Shown piece after piece: positions 22,216 through 34,328 of a DNA stretch of 64,000 nt (its first letter is position 1; each line of letters starts with the position of its first letter). Made by a program: the position numbers and the translations under genes. The notes beneath the pieces were generated by a model. The model had not been told where the DNA came from. It saw only the letters and a list, made by a program, of their open reading frames with translations, and did no database searches. This DNA is from Mobula hypostoma. Lineage: Eukaryota. The stretch lies in assembly GCF_963921235.1 (NCBI RefSeq), contig NC_086108.1, forward strand, positions 20,708,001 through 20,772,000. Reading direction: 5' to 3'.

Positions 22216-24103
22216 CGCCTCTTCCTATAGATGCTGCTTGGCCTGCTGCGTTCACCAGCAACTTTGATGTATGTTGCTTGAATTTCCAGCATCTGCAGAA
22301 TTCCTGTTGTTTTTATTTCTATGCAACATGGCTTTCCTCCAACTCCTGCTCACCTTGTTGGGGGCTGTAAAGTACCCCGTAGTGTAATAGCTATATTATT
22401 CCTTCTTTAACCAAATGGATTGTCCTCATTACCACCTTAGGGAAAATCTAGCTCTCCAGTAATGAAATATCAACTTTTAATTTTGCAACTTACTTTTACC
22501 TTTCTAGTTTTAACATCTGTCCGGCAACAAAAAGCTTATTCATGTAATTTTTCTGTTTCACTTAACCCCACATTATAACATTTCATCAATTATTTATGTT
22601 TGCATCTCATGAAATATATTCATCACATTGTATTTTAAACCTGCAGCTAGTTGCCTTAGTTTGTTTTGTAGCTTCGTATATTCCTGCTTGACACAAATCC
22701 ATATTGCGCAGCCACTGACAGTGTAAAGTCAGTTTCAGTTCATACCTTACAGCATCAATTCAATGTACTGTCAGTGTGGTATAAATACCAGTAAACTTTC
22801 CTAAAGGACACAATCCCAGTTCGATGTACAAACTGTCTGTCTAATGGTGGGGGTGCATTCCCAAAAAAATTATCAATATCATGTTGACAAGAAGTACTAA
22901 TTTACTTTAATTTTTCACAAATTTTCTGACAGTGATATTTTTTATTGAATAACTCAGATCTTTTGGTAATGATTTGTGAATTTCCCAAAGATAAATTTCT
23001 GTTACCCCATTACTGCAACACTGGGGTCACCTATATAAGGAATTACTCACCATATTTGATTATCAAATGATAAGACTTCTCTGAACAACAGTAAAAATAA
23101 GAGTTCTTGAAAGTAAAGAAACAATATCATTAAAGGAATGAACTTCACATGACCTACGATTAAGTTCCCTGATAGAACATGTAAAAAGCCACTATGTTTT
23201 GGGCAATCTTAGTCTGCAATTGACTTGTCTGAATAAGGAGGCACTCTTGCTTTCAGTAGACTATCTGGGCACACAATTACAGCACAGAAACAGGCCATCT
23301 CGGCCCTTTTAGTCCGTGCTGAATGCTTACTCTCACCTAGTCCCATCTACCTGCACTCAGCCCATAACCCTCCATTCCTTTCCTGTCCATATACCTACTC
23401 AATTTTTTTTAAATGACAAAATCGAACCTGCCTCTACCACTTCTACTGGAAGCCTGTTCCACACAGCTACCACTCTCTGAGTAAAGAAGTTCCCCCTCGT
23501 GTTACCCTTAAACTTTTGCCCCTTAACTCTCAACTCATGTCCTCTTGTTTGAATCTCCCCCACTCTCAATGGAAAAAGCCTATCCATGTCAACTCTAACT
23601 ATCCCCCTCATAATTTTAAATACCTCTATCAAGCCCCCCCCCCCCCCAACCTTCTATGCTCCAAAGAATAAAGACCTAACTTGTTCAACCTTTCTCTGTA
23701 ACTTAGGTGTTGAAACCCAGGTAACATTCTAGTAAATCTCCTCTGTACTCTCTCTATTTTGTTGACATCTTTCCTATAATTCGGTGACCAGAACGATACA
23801 CAATACTCCAAATTTGGCCTCACCAATGCCTTGTACAATTTTAACATTACATCCCAACTCCTATACTCAATGCTCTGATTTATAAAGGTCAGCATACCAA
23901 AAGCTATCTTCAGCACCCCATACACATGAGATTCCACCTTCAGGGAACTATGCACCATTATTCCTAGATCACTCTGTTTTACTGCATTCCTCAAAGCCCT
24001 ACCATTTAACATGTATGTCCTATTTTGATTAGTCCTGCCAAAATGTCGCACCTTACACTTATCAGCATTAAACTCCATCTGCCATCTTTCAGCCCACTCT
24101 TCT

Positions 24104-24310
24104 CACAACATGTTGGGGAAGTCAGCAGGTCCGCAGCATCCGTGGAAATGATGAGTCAATGTTTCGGGCTGGAACCCTTCGTCAGGAAATGGGGTTATGA
24201 CCCGAAACGTTGACTGATCGTATCCACGAATGCTGCCCGACCTGCTGACTTCCTCCAGCATGTTGTGAGTGTTGCTTTGACCCCAGCATCTGCAGAGTAT
24301 TTTGTTTACG
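24104..24310. mobile_element. 207 bp Penelope-derived foldback element with hammerhead-like motifs on both strands
   Basis: Inverted arms cacaacatg...gcagcatccgtgga / tccacgaatgctgc...catgttgtg; tail on the right; TSD agcccactcttct 24091-24103 / agcctactcttct 24311-24323. Confidence 0.82.
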
Positions 24311-24672
24311 AGCCTACTCTTCTAACTGGCCTAAATCTCTCTGCAAGCTTTGAAAACCTGCTTCATTATCCACAATGCCACCTATCTTAGTATCATCTGC
24401 CTACTTACTAATCCAATTTACCACACCATCATCCAGATCATTAATGTATATGACAAACAACATTGGACCCAGTACAGATCCCTGAGGCAAACCCCTAGTC
24501 ACCGGCCCCCAACCTGACAAACAGTTATCCACCACTACTCTCTGGCATCTCCCATCCAGCCACTGCTGAATCCATATTGAACCTTCCTAACTAACCTTCA
24601 GTGTAGAACCTTGTCAAAGGCCTTACTGAAGTCCACATAGACAACATCCACTGCTTTACCCTCGTGAATTTT

Positions 24673-27600
24673 CCATAAGACCATAAGACAAAGAAGCAGA
24701 AGTAGGCCATTCGGCCCAACAAGTCTGCTCTGCCATTTTGTCATGAGCTAATCCATTTTATCCTATTTAGTCCCACTGCCCCGCCTTCTCACCATAACCT
24801 TTGATGCCCTGGCTACTCAGATACCTATCAATCTCTGCCTTAAAGACACCCAGTGACTTGGCCTCCACTGCTGCCCGTGGCAACAAATTCCATAGATTCA
24901 CCACCCTCTGACTAAAAAATTTTTTTCACATTTCTGTTCTGAAAGGGTGCCCTTCAATCCTGAAGTCATGCCCTCTCGTACTAGACTCCCCCATCATGGG
25001 AAACAACTTTGCCACATCCACTCTGTCCATGCCTTTTAACATTCGAAATGTTTCTGAGGTCTCCCCTCATTCTTCTAAACTCCAAGGAATATAGTCCAGG
25101 AGCGGACAAACGTTCCTCATATGTTAACCCTCTCATTCCTGGAATCATTCTAGTGAATCTTCTCTGTACCCTCTCCAACGTCAGCACATCCTTTCTTAAA
25201 TAAGGAGACCAAAACTGCCCACAGTACTCCAAGTGAGGTCTCACCAGCGCCTTATAGAGCCTCAACATCACATCCCTGCTCCTATACTCTATTCCTCTAG
25301 AAATGAATGCCAACATTGCATTCGCCTTCTTCACTACCGACTCAACCTGGAGGTTAACTTTAAGGGAATCCTGTATGAGGACTCCCAAGTCCCGTTGCAT
25401 CTCAGAACTTTGAGTTCTCTCCCCATTTAAATAATAGTCTGCCCGTTTATTTCTTCTGCCAAAGTGCATAACCATACACTTTCCACCATTGTACTTCATT
25501 TGCCACTTCTCTGCCCATTCTTCCAATCTATCCAAGTCTCTCTGCAGACTCTCCGTTTCCTCAGCACTACCGGCCCCTCCACCTATCTTCGTATCATCAG
25601 CAAACTTAGCCACAAAGCCATCTATTCCATAATCCAAATCGTTGATGTACAATGTAAAAAGAAGCGGCCCCAACACTGATCCCTGTGGAACACCACTGGT
25701 AACTGGCAGCCAACCAGAATAGGATCCCTTTATTCCCACTCTTTTTTTCTGCCAATCAGCCAACGCTCTATCCACGTATGTAACTTTCCTGTAATTCCAT
25801 GGGCTCTTATCTTGTTAAGCAGCCTCATGTGTGGCACCTTGTCAAAGGCCTTCTGAAAATCCAAATATACAACATCCACTGCATCTCCCTTGTCTAGCCT
25901 ACTGGTAATTTCCTCAAAAAATTGTAATAGGTTTGTCAGGCAGGATTTTCCTTTAAGGAATCCATGCTGAGTTCTGCCTATCTTATCATATGCCTCCAGG
26001 TACTCTGTAACCTCATCCTTGACAATCGACTCCAACAACTTCCCAACCACCGATGTCAAGCTAACAGGTCTATAATTTCCTTTTTGCTTCCTTGCCCCCT
26101 TCTTAAATAGCGGAGTGACATTTGCAATCTTCCAGTCTTCCAGAACCATGCCAGAATCTATCGACTTTTGAAAGATCATCGCTAATGCCTCCGCAATCTC
26201 CACAGCTACTTCCTTCAGAACTCGAGGGTGCATTCCATCTGGTCCAGGAGATTTATCGACCTTTAGCCTATTCAGCTTCCTGAGTACTTTCTCTGTCGTA
26301 ATTGTGACTGAGCACACTTCTCTTCCCTGCCACCCTTGAGTGTCCGGTATCCTGCTGTCTTCCTCAGTGAAGACTGATGCAAAATACTTGTTCAGTTCCT
26401 CTGCCATCTCCTCATCTCCCATTACAATTTCTCCAGTATCATTTTCTATCGGTCCTATATCTACTCTCACCTGTCCTTTACTCTTTATGTAATTGAAAAA
26501 GCTTTTAGTATCCTCTTCGATATTATTTGCTATTCCTTTCATAGTTAATCTTTTCTCTCTTAATGACCTTCTTGGGTTTCCTTTTGTAAGGTTTTAAAGC
26601 CTTCCCAATCCTCTGTCTTCCCACTAATTTTTGCTTCCTTGTATGCCCTCTCCTTAGCTTTAACTTTGGCTTTGACTTCTCTTGTTAACCACGGTTGCAT
26701 CCTTTTTCCACTCGAATATTTCTTCTTTTTTGGAATACACCTGTCTTGCACATTCCTCATTTCTCACATAAACTCCAGCCACTGCTGCTCTGCCGTCTTT
26801 CCCGCCAGTGTCTCTTTCCAGTCAACTTTGGCCAGTTCCTCTCTCATGCCACTGTAGTTTCCTTTACTCCACTGAAACACCGGCACATCAGATTTCGGCT
26901 TCTCTTTTTCTAATTTCACAGTGAACTCAATCATGTTATGATCACTGCCTCCTAAGGGTTCCTTCACCTCAATCTCTCCAATCACCTCCGGTTCATTACA
27001 CAATACCCAATCCAGTACAGCCAATCCCCTAGTGGGCTCAACAACAAGCTGTTCTAAAAAGCCATCTCGCAGACATTCTACAAATTCTCTCTCTTGAGAT
27101 CCAGTGCCGACCTGATTTTTCCAATCTACTCACATGTTAAAATCCCCCACAATTATCATAACACTGCCCTTCTGACAAGCCTTTTCTATTTCCAGTTGTA
27201 ATTTGTAGTCCACATCCCTGCAGCTGTTTGGAGGCCTATAAATAACTGCCATCAGGGTCCTTTTACCCCTGCTATTCCTTAGCTCAACCCATAAAGATAC
27301 TGCAGCTTCCGATCCTATATCACCTCTTTCTAATGATTTAATATCATTTCTTACCAATAAATCCACGCCTCCCCCTCTGCCTACCTTCCTATCCTTCTGA
27401 TACACCATGTATCCTTGGACGTTCAGCTCCCAGAGACATGCATTCTTTAGCCAGGTCTCAGTGATGGCCACAATATCATACCTGCCAATCTGTAGCTGTA
27501 CAACAAGATCATCCACTTTATTTCTTATGCTGCGTGCATTTAAGTACAACACCTTAAGACCAGTATTTGATACTTTTTGCTTTGATTTCACTGCAACTTT

Positions 27601-28140
27601 ATTGCACTGCAACTCATCCCAATGGCTACACATTTGCCCCATCACCTGCCTGTCTTTCCTGACATCTTTACTGCTCACTATCTTAGATTTATTTCTGTTT
27701 TCCCCTTCCTCCGCTCTATCATTCCGGTTCCCATCCCCCTGCCAAATTAGTTTAAACCCTCCCTAACAGCTCTATTAAACTTTCCTGCCAGGATATTGGT
27801 CCCCTTCGGGTTCAGGTGTAACCTGCCCTTTTTGAACAGGTCATACTTCCCCCAGAAGAGATCCTAATTATCCAAGAATCTGAAGCCCTGCCCCCTACGC
27901 CAGTCTCTCAGCCACGCATTCATCTGCCTGATCCGACTACTCTTGCCCTCGCTAGCACGTGGCACAGGTAGCAATCCCGAGATTACTACCCTGGAGGTCC
28001 TGCTTCTCAGCTTCCTTCCTAACTCCTGGAAATCTCTCTTCAGGACCTCCTCCTTTGTCCTATTTATGTCATTGGTACCAACACGTACCAAGACAACTGG
28101 CTGCTCACCCTCCCCCTTTAGAATATTCAGGACCTGATCC
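24673..28140 (-). mobile_element. Relatively young CR1 LINE: end of ORF1 (SGNH esterase-like) plus ORF2 (APE endonuclease + RT) with a few frameshifts
   Basis: VGTNDI...VVISGLLP; YLNARS, ITETWL, GDFN, SDHNMI, YRPVSLTS, YLDFQKAFD, GVPQGSVLGP, KFADDTK; (TCTTATGG)n tail. Confidence 0.93.
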
Positions 28141-29904
28141 TATAACCTCTTCTAAAAAAATTCAATAAGATTTGTCAAATATGACCTTCCACGCACAAAT
28201 CCATGTTGACTGTTCCTAATCAGACCGTCTATCCAGATAATTATATATACCATCTCTAAGAATACTTTCCATTAATTTAGCCACCACTGACATCAAACTT
28301 ACAGGCTGATAATTGATAGGTTTACTCTTAGGACCCTTGGTTAAACAATGAAACACATGAGCAGTACGCCAATCCTCCGGCACCATCCCTGTTTCTAATG
28401 ACATTTTGAAATATTTATGTCAGAGCCCCTGCTATTTCTACACTAACTTCCCTCAAGGTCCTAGGGAATATCCTGTCAGGACCCAGAGATTTATCCACTT
28501 TTATATTCCTTAAAAGCGCCAGTACTTCCTCTTCTTTAACCATCACAGTTTCCATAACTACCCTACTTGTTTCCCTTACCTTACACAGTTCAATATCCTT
28601 CTTAGTGAATACCGAAGAAAAGAAATTGTTTAAAATCTCCCTCATCTCTTTTGGCTCTGCACATAGCCGTCCACTCTGATTCTCTAAGGGACCAATTTTA
28701 TCCCTCACTATCCTTTTGCTATTAATATAACTGTAGAAACCCTTTGGATTTATTTTCATCTTACTTGCCAAAGCAACCTCATCTTCTTATAGCTTTTCTA
28801 ATTTCTTTCTTAAGATTCTTTTTACATTTTTTATATTCCTCGAGCACCTCATTTACTCCAAGTTGCCCATATTTATTGTAGATTTCTCTCTCTTTCCGAA
28901 CCAAGTTTCCAATATCCCTTGAAAACCATGGCTCTCTCAAACTTTTAACCTTTCCTTTCAAGCTAACAGGAACATAAAGATTCTGTACCCTTTAAATTTC
29001 ACCTTTGAATGACCTCCATTTCTCTATTACATCCTTCTCATAAAACAAATTGTCCCAATCTACTCCTTCTAAATCCTTTCGCATCTCCTCAAAGTGAGTC
29101 TTTCTCCAATCAAAAATCTCAACCCCGGGTCCAGTCCTATCCTTCTCCATAATTATATTGAAACTAATGGCATTGTGATCATTGGATCCTAAGTGTTCCC
29201 CAACACATACCTCCGTCACCTGACCTATCTCATTCCCTAACAGGAGATCCAACACTGCCCCTTCTCTAGTTGGTACTTCTATGTATTGCTTCAAAAAACT
29301 ATCTTGCACACATTTTACAAACTCCAAACCATCCAAAAGTCCAAACGTAATAGTTACGTGCAAAAGGTGTGCGGGGAAAAAAAGGCTGTTGCACAAAATG
29401 GAATGCAGACTATGTTCAAGCTTGCAGAGCTTTAATACTTTGAAAACGTATTCCCACCTGACAGGAGCTCATGTTGTGCAAATTTTGACAGTAAAGAATG
29501 TTTAAATTAAAAGCTTTCAATTGAAACAATTCTACCATTTAGCATGATTAATGGTAAACAGCAGTAGTTTGAATGCCTTTGACATGCAGTAGTTTATTTC
29601 AGTTCAGGGTCAGGTAGAGATCAGGGTAAAAAGTTGTAAGTTCAGCAGGATGTGTGCTTAGTTTCTACTTAAGTGCAACACTTAACGAAAATATTATTTT
29701 ATCAATTAGTAAGTAGTAATGCTGCTTGAATTTATGAGTTTTATGTATATTTTGAAAAATATTTGCAAGTCAATTTGAAAGATATTGTCACTTGACAATT
29801 AAGTGGTTAAACTGGAATATACAGAATATAATTAACTTTCTAGAATATTTTATATTTGCTTGGCAACACACACTAAAGAACTAATAAAAAATCTTCTTTT
29901 ACAG

Positions 29905-29953
29905 AATTATCTCTGGAGACAAAACAGTTCCTTTCAGCGTTCTCCGAATCAAC
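29905..29953 (+). other. ANGPTL1: 5' UTR part of the ANGPTL1 first coding exon
   Basis: Acceptor tcttcttttacag ends at 29904 with an upstream ctaat branch-like motif; ATG at 29954. Confidence 0.65.
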
Positions 29954-30788
29954 ATGAATTCATTCAGCTGGACTTTGTGTCTGTTGTTAATTAGTTTCAT
30001 GACTACAGGAGGCAAGAGGGAACAACATCAAGCCAGAACCAACATTGCAGTACATTCTGTTGTTCATAACCGCTACAGACGTTCACCTAATAGCAGCAAC
30101 AAATGTTCCTACACGTTCTTGGTCCCAGATCAAAGGATAACTGGTCCAATCTGTGTCAGTTCAAAGGGGCCAGAAAGGAATTATAATGGAATAACTAGGA
30201 TGGATGTGGAGGACTTAAAGGACATTATGTCCAAACAGAAACGGCAAATTGAAAACCTTGAACTCTTAGTGGAGGTGGATGGCGGCGTTGTAAATGAGGT
30301 AAAATTGCTACGAAAGGAGAGTCGGAATATGAATTCACGTGTAACACAGCTTTATATGCAGCTTCTCCATGAGATTATTCGTAAAAGGGACAACTCACTG
30401 GAAATTTCACAGCTAGAGAACAAAGTTCTTAATTCCACAGCTGAAATTCTGCAAATGGCCACGAAGTATAGACAACTGGAACAGAAGTATGCAGTACTGT
30501 CTACTCTTGTTAATAATCAGTCTGTAGTCATAACTAAATTGGAGCAGGAATGCATTCGTAGCCTTACTCCAAGAGAATATGAGCCACCACCCCTTGTACA
30601 AGTTGTACCACAGTCCATACCACGTAGCAGGCAATACCAGAGCAATTTGTTTGGTAGTAATGAAATACAAAGAGATCAAAATCCTGCATTTACACGAGAA
30701 CGGGGGCTTCGCTCCAGAGCATCCTTGCATGAACCTTCTCCTACAACTGCCAGTTCTTTGGAATCATCAGTTACCGAAGAGCCCGATG
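29954..30788 (+). CDS. ANGPTL1: Angiopoietin-related protein 1, first coding exon (signal peptide + coiled coil)
   Basis: KCSYTFLVPDQRITGPICV, ITRMD, NEVKLLRKESRNMNSRVTQLYMQLLHEIIRKRDNSLE, LVNNQSV, PPLVQVVPQ, NEIQRD match ANGPTL1 better than ANGPTL2 from memory; phase-1 donor G|gtaggt at 30789. Confidence 0.92.
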
Positions 30789-32716
30789 GTAGGTTTATAT
30801 AATTTTTAAATGGTAGGTAATTGTACAGCTCTGTACTAAAATTCTATTTAATTCACAATATCCAGAGCAGAGATTACAAATACTGCATACCACACTGTTG
30901 GATTTACTTAATACAAATTAATTTCCAACTCCTTCACTTAATTCATGCCATTATAACCTCTTCTCTTTTCAAACTGATCCACACAATTAATTAAAAGCAA
31001 CTGCAACGCTTTGCATGATGTTCTCATTTAGAAAATAAGATTATTTCTTACTGAAGCTGAAAAATCTTTAAATAGCACTTAAATGTGAAAATATATGACA
31101 ATATATTTTTTGAAGACCAGGGGAATCTGATTTTTAATAAACCCAGATAATCTCTCGGCATTAAAGGCAGATGTTACTGTTAATAGTTAATCTTAAGTAC
31201 TGATGATAAATAAACAGGTAAAAAGAAAGAAACCCTTGCAAATGGATAAATAATTTGTCTGGTGTGTAGCAGGTAAGTTTATATTTAGGGTAATAGGGCC
31301 ATATATATCTACTTTACATTTGTGCTTTCTTATAGACATTAATCTCATCAGTAAGGTTTAAGTAATGTATGCTCAACTCAATGCAAATTTCGATAACTAA
31401 GAAAGTGATTTCAAAAAACTATTTTGCTATTTTACTATCTCCCTTGGTTTTCCAGTTTGGCAAACAGAAGTTTAAGATCAAAGCAGCAGGAAACAGCAAA
31501 TGCTTTAATGAAAAAAATTAAAAGCTATCAGCAGAAATGTAATATTGATCACTATACAGATAATAGCGCCTGAGTCATTATGGGTTTTTGAGTAGACCTC
31601 TAGCTCAAGAGTATTATCCAACACAAAAGGAACGAGTGGGACAGCTGTTCAACCAATCAGATTGAAAGCTCTTTAATGAAGCAGAGTATAAATTAGACTG
31701 TATAAATGCCTCATAAATTATATTACAGAAAGTTTAAAAAAATGAGGGAACAAGAGAAGAAATTGAGGAAAACATGAAGGTAATTTTTTTTCTAAAATTT
31801 CCAAAACTAGTTAACAAGGATTGAAACTCCACATTTAATTTAAATTCACAATACTAGAAGGTGACCGACAGCAATTCAGATTTTTATGCTCCCTTGCACA
31901 TAGCCTTTGTTGCTGTGCAACTGGAATAAAGACAGAGCAGTTAGTACGTACTTATTTCTAAAGGCGTTGAGATTTCTATTTTGCACGAGGGTAAAAATGT
32001 TGGCCGAAATAGCCTGCAGTAAAAATGCCAGACCAATTCGTATTCTCATTCATGACAGAATACAGAAAACTATTACTCATTGTACATTTTTCCCCACAAA
32101 TGTGTTATTTCCAGATTTATCCAAGGAATGATGAGGTGACAGGGCTGCCATCAGTTACAGAAGCCGTCAGTGCATTCTTCCAAAGTAAATCTATGTGATA
32201 GGCATATTCTAAAACATAATAGTGGAAAAACACAGATGAGAAGTTTGCCACCAATCAAATACTAGCACCAAGGTTACTTTCCATAACTGGCCCTGTTGAT
32301 TTCCCCTGGACCTTCTTAATAAATTCAGTCAATAATGCTAGGTGGGGAGATTGAAATCATTAATTTCTTCAACCACAAGTGAAAGAACTGCATCTTCACA
32401 TACTTTTTAAAAGAATTTAGAAATTACATCCACATTTTGTGAATTATTTCACTGCCAAATATTACAACATTTTGTTTTCTTTATATTTTTTTAGCATTTC
32501 AAGGAAAGTATTAAGTGTGTTTGCATAAGCCAAGTGCTTCAATAAATTTGCACTGGTTTAAAATGCCAAATGCTGCAATCTCCAAGACTGGAAGAAGAAA
32601 AGTTTGATTTGAAAATTAGTTATACTGTAAACAATGAGTTGACATTAAGCAATTAATTTTGTTCAATTATGGTCAAACAATTTGCTTATCCAACAAGATG
32701 GGGAAAAAAGGCTGTA

Positions 32717-34328
32717 CAGGTGTCCCCCGCTTTTTGAACATTCGTTTTACAAAACCTCGCTGTTATGAAAGACCTACATTAGTTACCTGTTTTCACTAAC
32801 AGAAGGTGTTTTCACTGCTACCAAAAAAGGCAGCGTGCACCCCGAGCAGCCAGGCTCCTCCCCCGGAACTGCATTCCACCCGCCATTGCTGAAACACGTG
32901 CCTGTGAGCATCTCTGCATTTTGTTGATTTATTCTGAGCATCCGTTAGCAAGAAGAGTTCTAAGGTATCCAAAAAGCCTAAAAGAGCTCGTAAGGGTGTT
33001 ACACTTAGCGTAAAACTATACATAATTAAGTGTTTCAATCGTGGTGAACGAAGCAAAGACAAAGTGAGTTTGGCTTGTGGAAGCTGATGAAGATGATGTT
33101 GAAGAGGTTTTGGCATCCCATGACCAAGAACTGATAGATGAAGAGCTGATGCAATTCGAAGAGGAAAGGATAACAATCGAAACTGAATGCAGTAGCGAAC
33201 TGTGAAGTCGTCCAGGAACTGAACAGGAAGCAACTGCGTGAGATTTTCGCTGCAATGATTGCAACTTTAATTTTGAAAGGGTACGTAGCTTTAGGGCATA
33301 TTTGCAAGATGGTTTGAGTGCTTACAAAGAACTGTATGATAGAAAAATGCGCGAGGCTAAGCAGTCAAGCATACTGTCATTTTTCAAGCCTTCTACATCG
33401 GCCACAGCAGACAATGAACCTCGACCTTTGACAACGAGGCAGGCAGACATAGAAGAAGATAACCTGCCTGCCCTGATGGAAACAGACGACGATGAGATGA
33501 CACCCCAGTTTCCCACCACCCCAACCTCCAGGCCACCAACCGATACCCATCCGTGAAGCATGCAGCGGTAGCCGGGACGCACTCAGCACGTCTTTAAGAA
33601 AAAAGCTGAAATAAACAAGCTAATTAATTAGGTGCCACCCGGCACGTAAATGTCGGCCCAGATCAGAGGCGACTGCCGACTGCATCACCTCTGATCTGGG
33701 CCAACATTTACGTGCTCGGCGGCACCTGATTAATTAGCTTGTTTATTTCGGCTTTTTTCTTAAAGACGTGCTGGGTGCGTCCCGGCTACCGCTGCATGCT
33801 TCGCGGATGGGTATCGGTTGGCGGCCTGGAGGTTAGGGTCCACTGCACCACCCCAACCTCCAACGACTCAGCCTAACACACCATCATTAGTATGCTCGGC
33901 GCTGTCTTCCCAATACCGGTAAGTGATACTACACTGTACATACATTATTTCTACTTTTATAGGCTGTGTATTTTTACATGTTATTTGGTAGATTTGGCAG
34001 CCTCATAGCTTAAAGGTTACTGGAGAGAGTGTTTCTGCCGAGAGCGCTTGCATGAGATTTTCGCTATCGAGAACAGTGCGGCAATGATTGTAGAAAAGTA
34101 TTTCTACTTTATATAGGCTGTGTATTTATCATATTATCCCTGCTTTTACTATATGTTACTGTTATTTTAGGTTTCATGTGTTATTTGGTAGGTTATTTTT
34201 TGGGTCTCCGAACGCTCACAAGTTTTTCCCCATATAAATAAATGGTAATTGCTTCTTCACTTTACGACATTCCAGTTTACGAACCGTTTCATAGGAAGGC
34301 TCTACCTTCGTATGGCGGGGGAAACCTG
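32717..34328 (+). mobile_element. Non-autonomous Tigger/pogo DNA transposon
   Basis: TIRs caggtgtcccccgc / gcgggggaaacctg with TA on both sides; N-terminal KRARKGVTLSVKL HTH remnant joined to acidic C-terminal DVEEVLASHDQEL remnant. Confidence 0.88.
33518..33839. repeat. Internal palindrome, ~155 bp arms, 12 nt loop
   Basis: 33518-33672 is the reverse complement of 33685-33839 with scattered mismatches. Confidence 0.92.

Larger units (their letters stand above)
18964..22313. mobile_element. Penelope-like (Neptune-type) insertion formed of two 5'-truncated copies joined head-to-head (3.3 kb palindrome)
   Basis: Arms 18961-20611 and 20629-22280 are near-identical reverse complements with a 17 nt spacer; perfect TSD tatttctatgcaa 18951-18963 / 22314-22326. 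Confidence 0.95.
23270..29337 (-). mobile_element. CR1 LINE (host copy) split by insertions at 24104-24310 and 24673-28140
   Basis: ORF2 pieces 28992-29396, 28415-28771, 28216-28404, 23629-24078 and 23399-23632 are collinear across the inserts. Confidence 0.88.

Noticed and set aside
18961..22280. Palindrome as an assembly artefact
   Set aside because: Unique flanks on both sides, a perfect 13 bp TSD, a tail on one arm only and arm-specific substitutions argue for a real insertion; raw reads are still needed for certainty.
30789..30802. ORF-track extension of ANGPTL1 to a stop at 30802
   Set aside because: Read-through past a good phase-1 splice donor; not a truncated protein.
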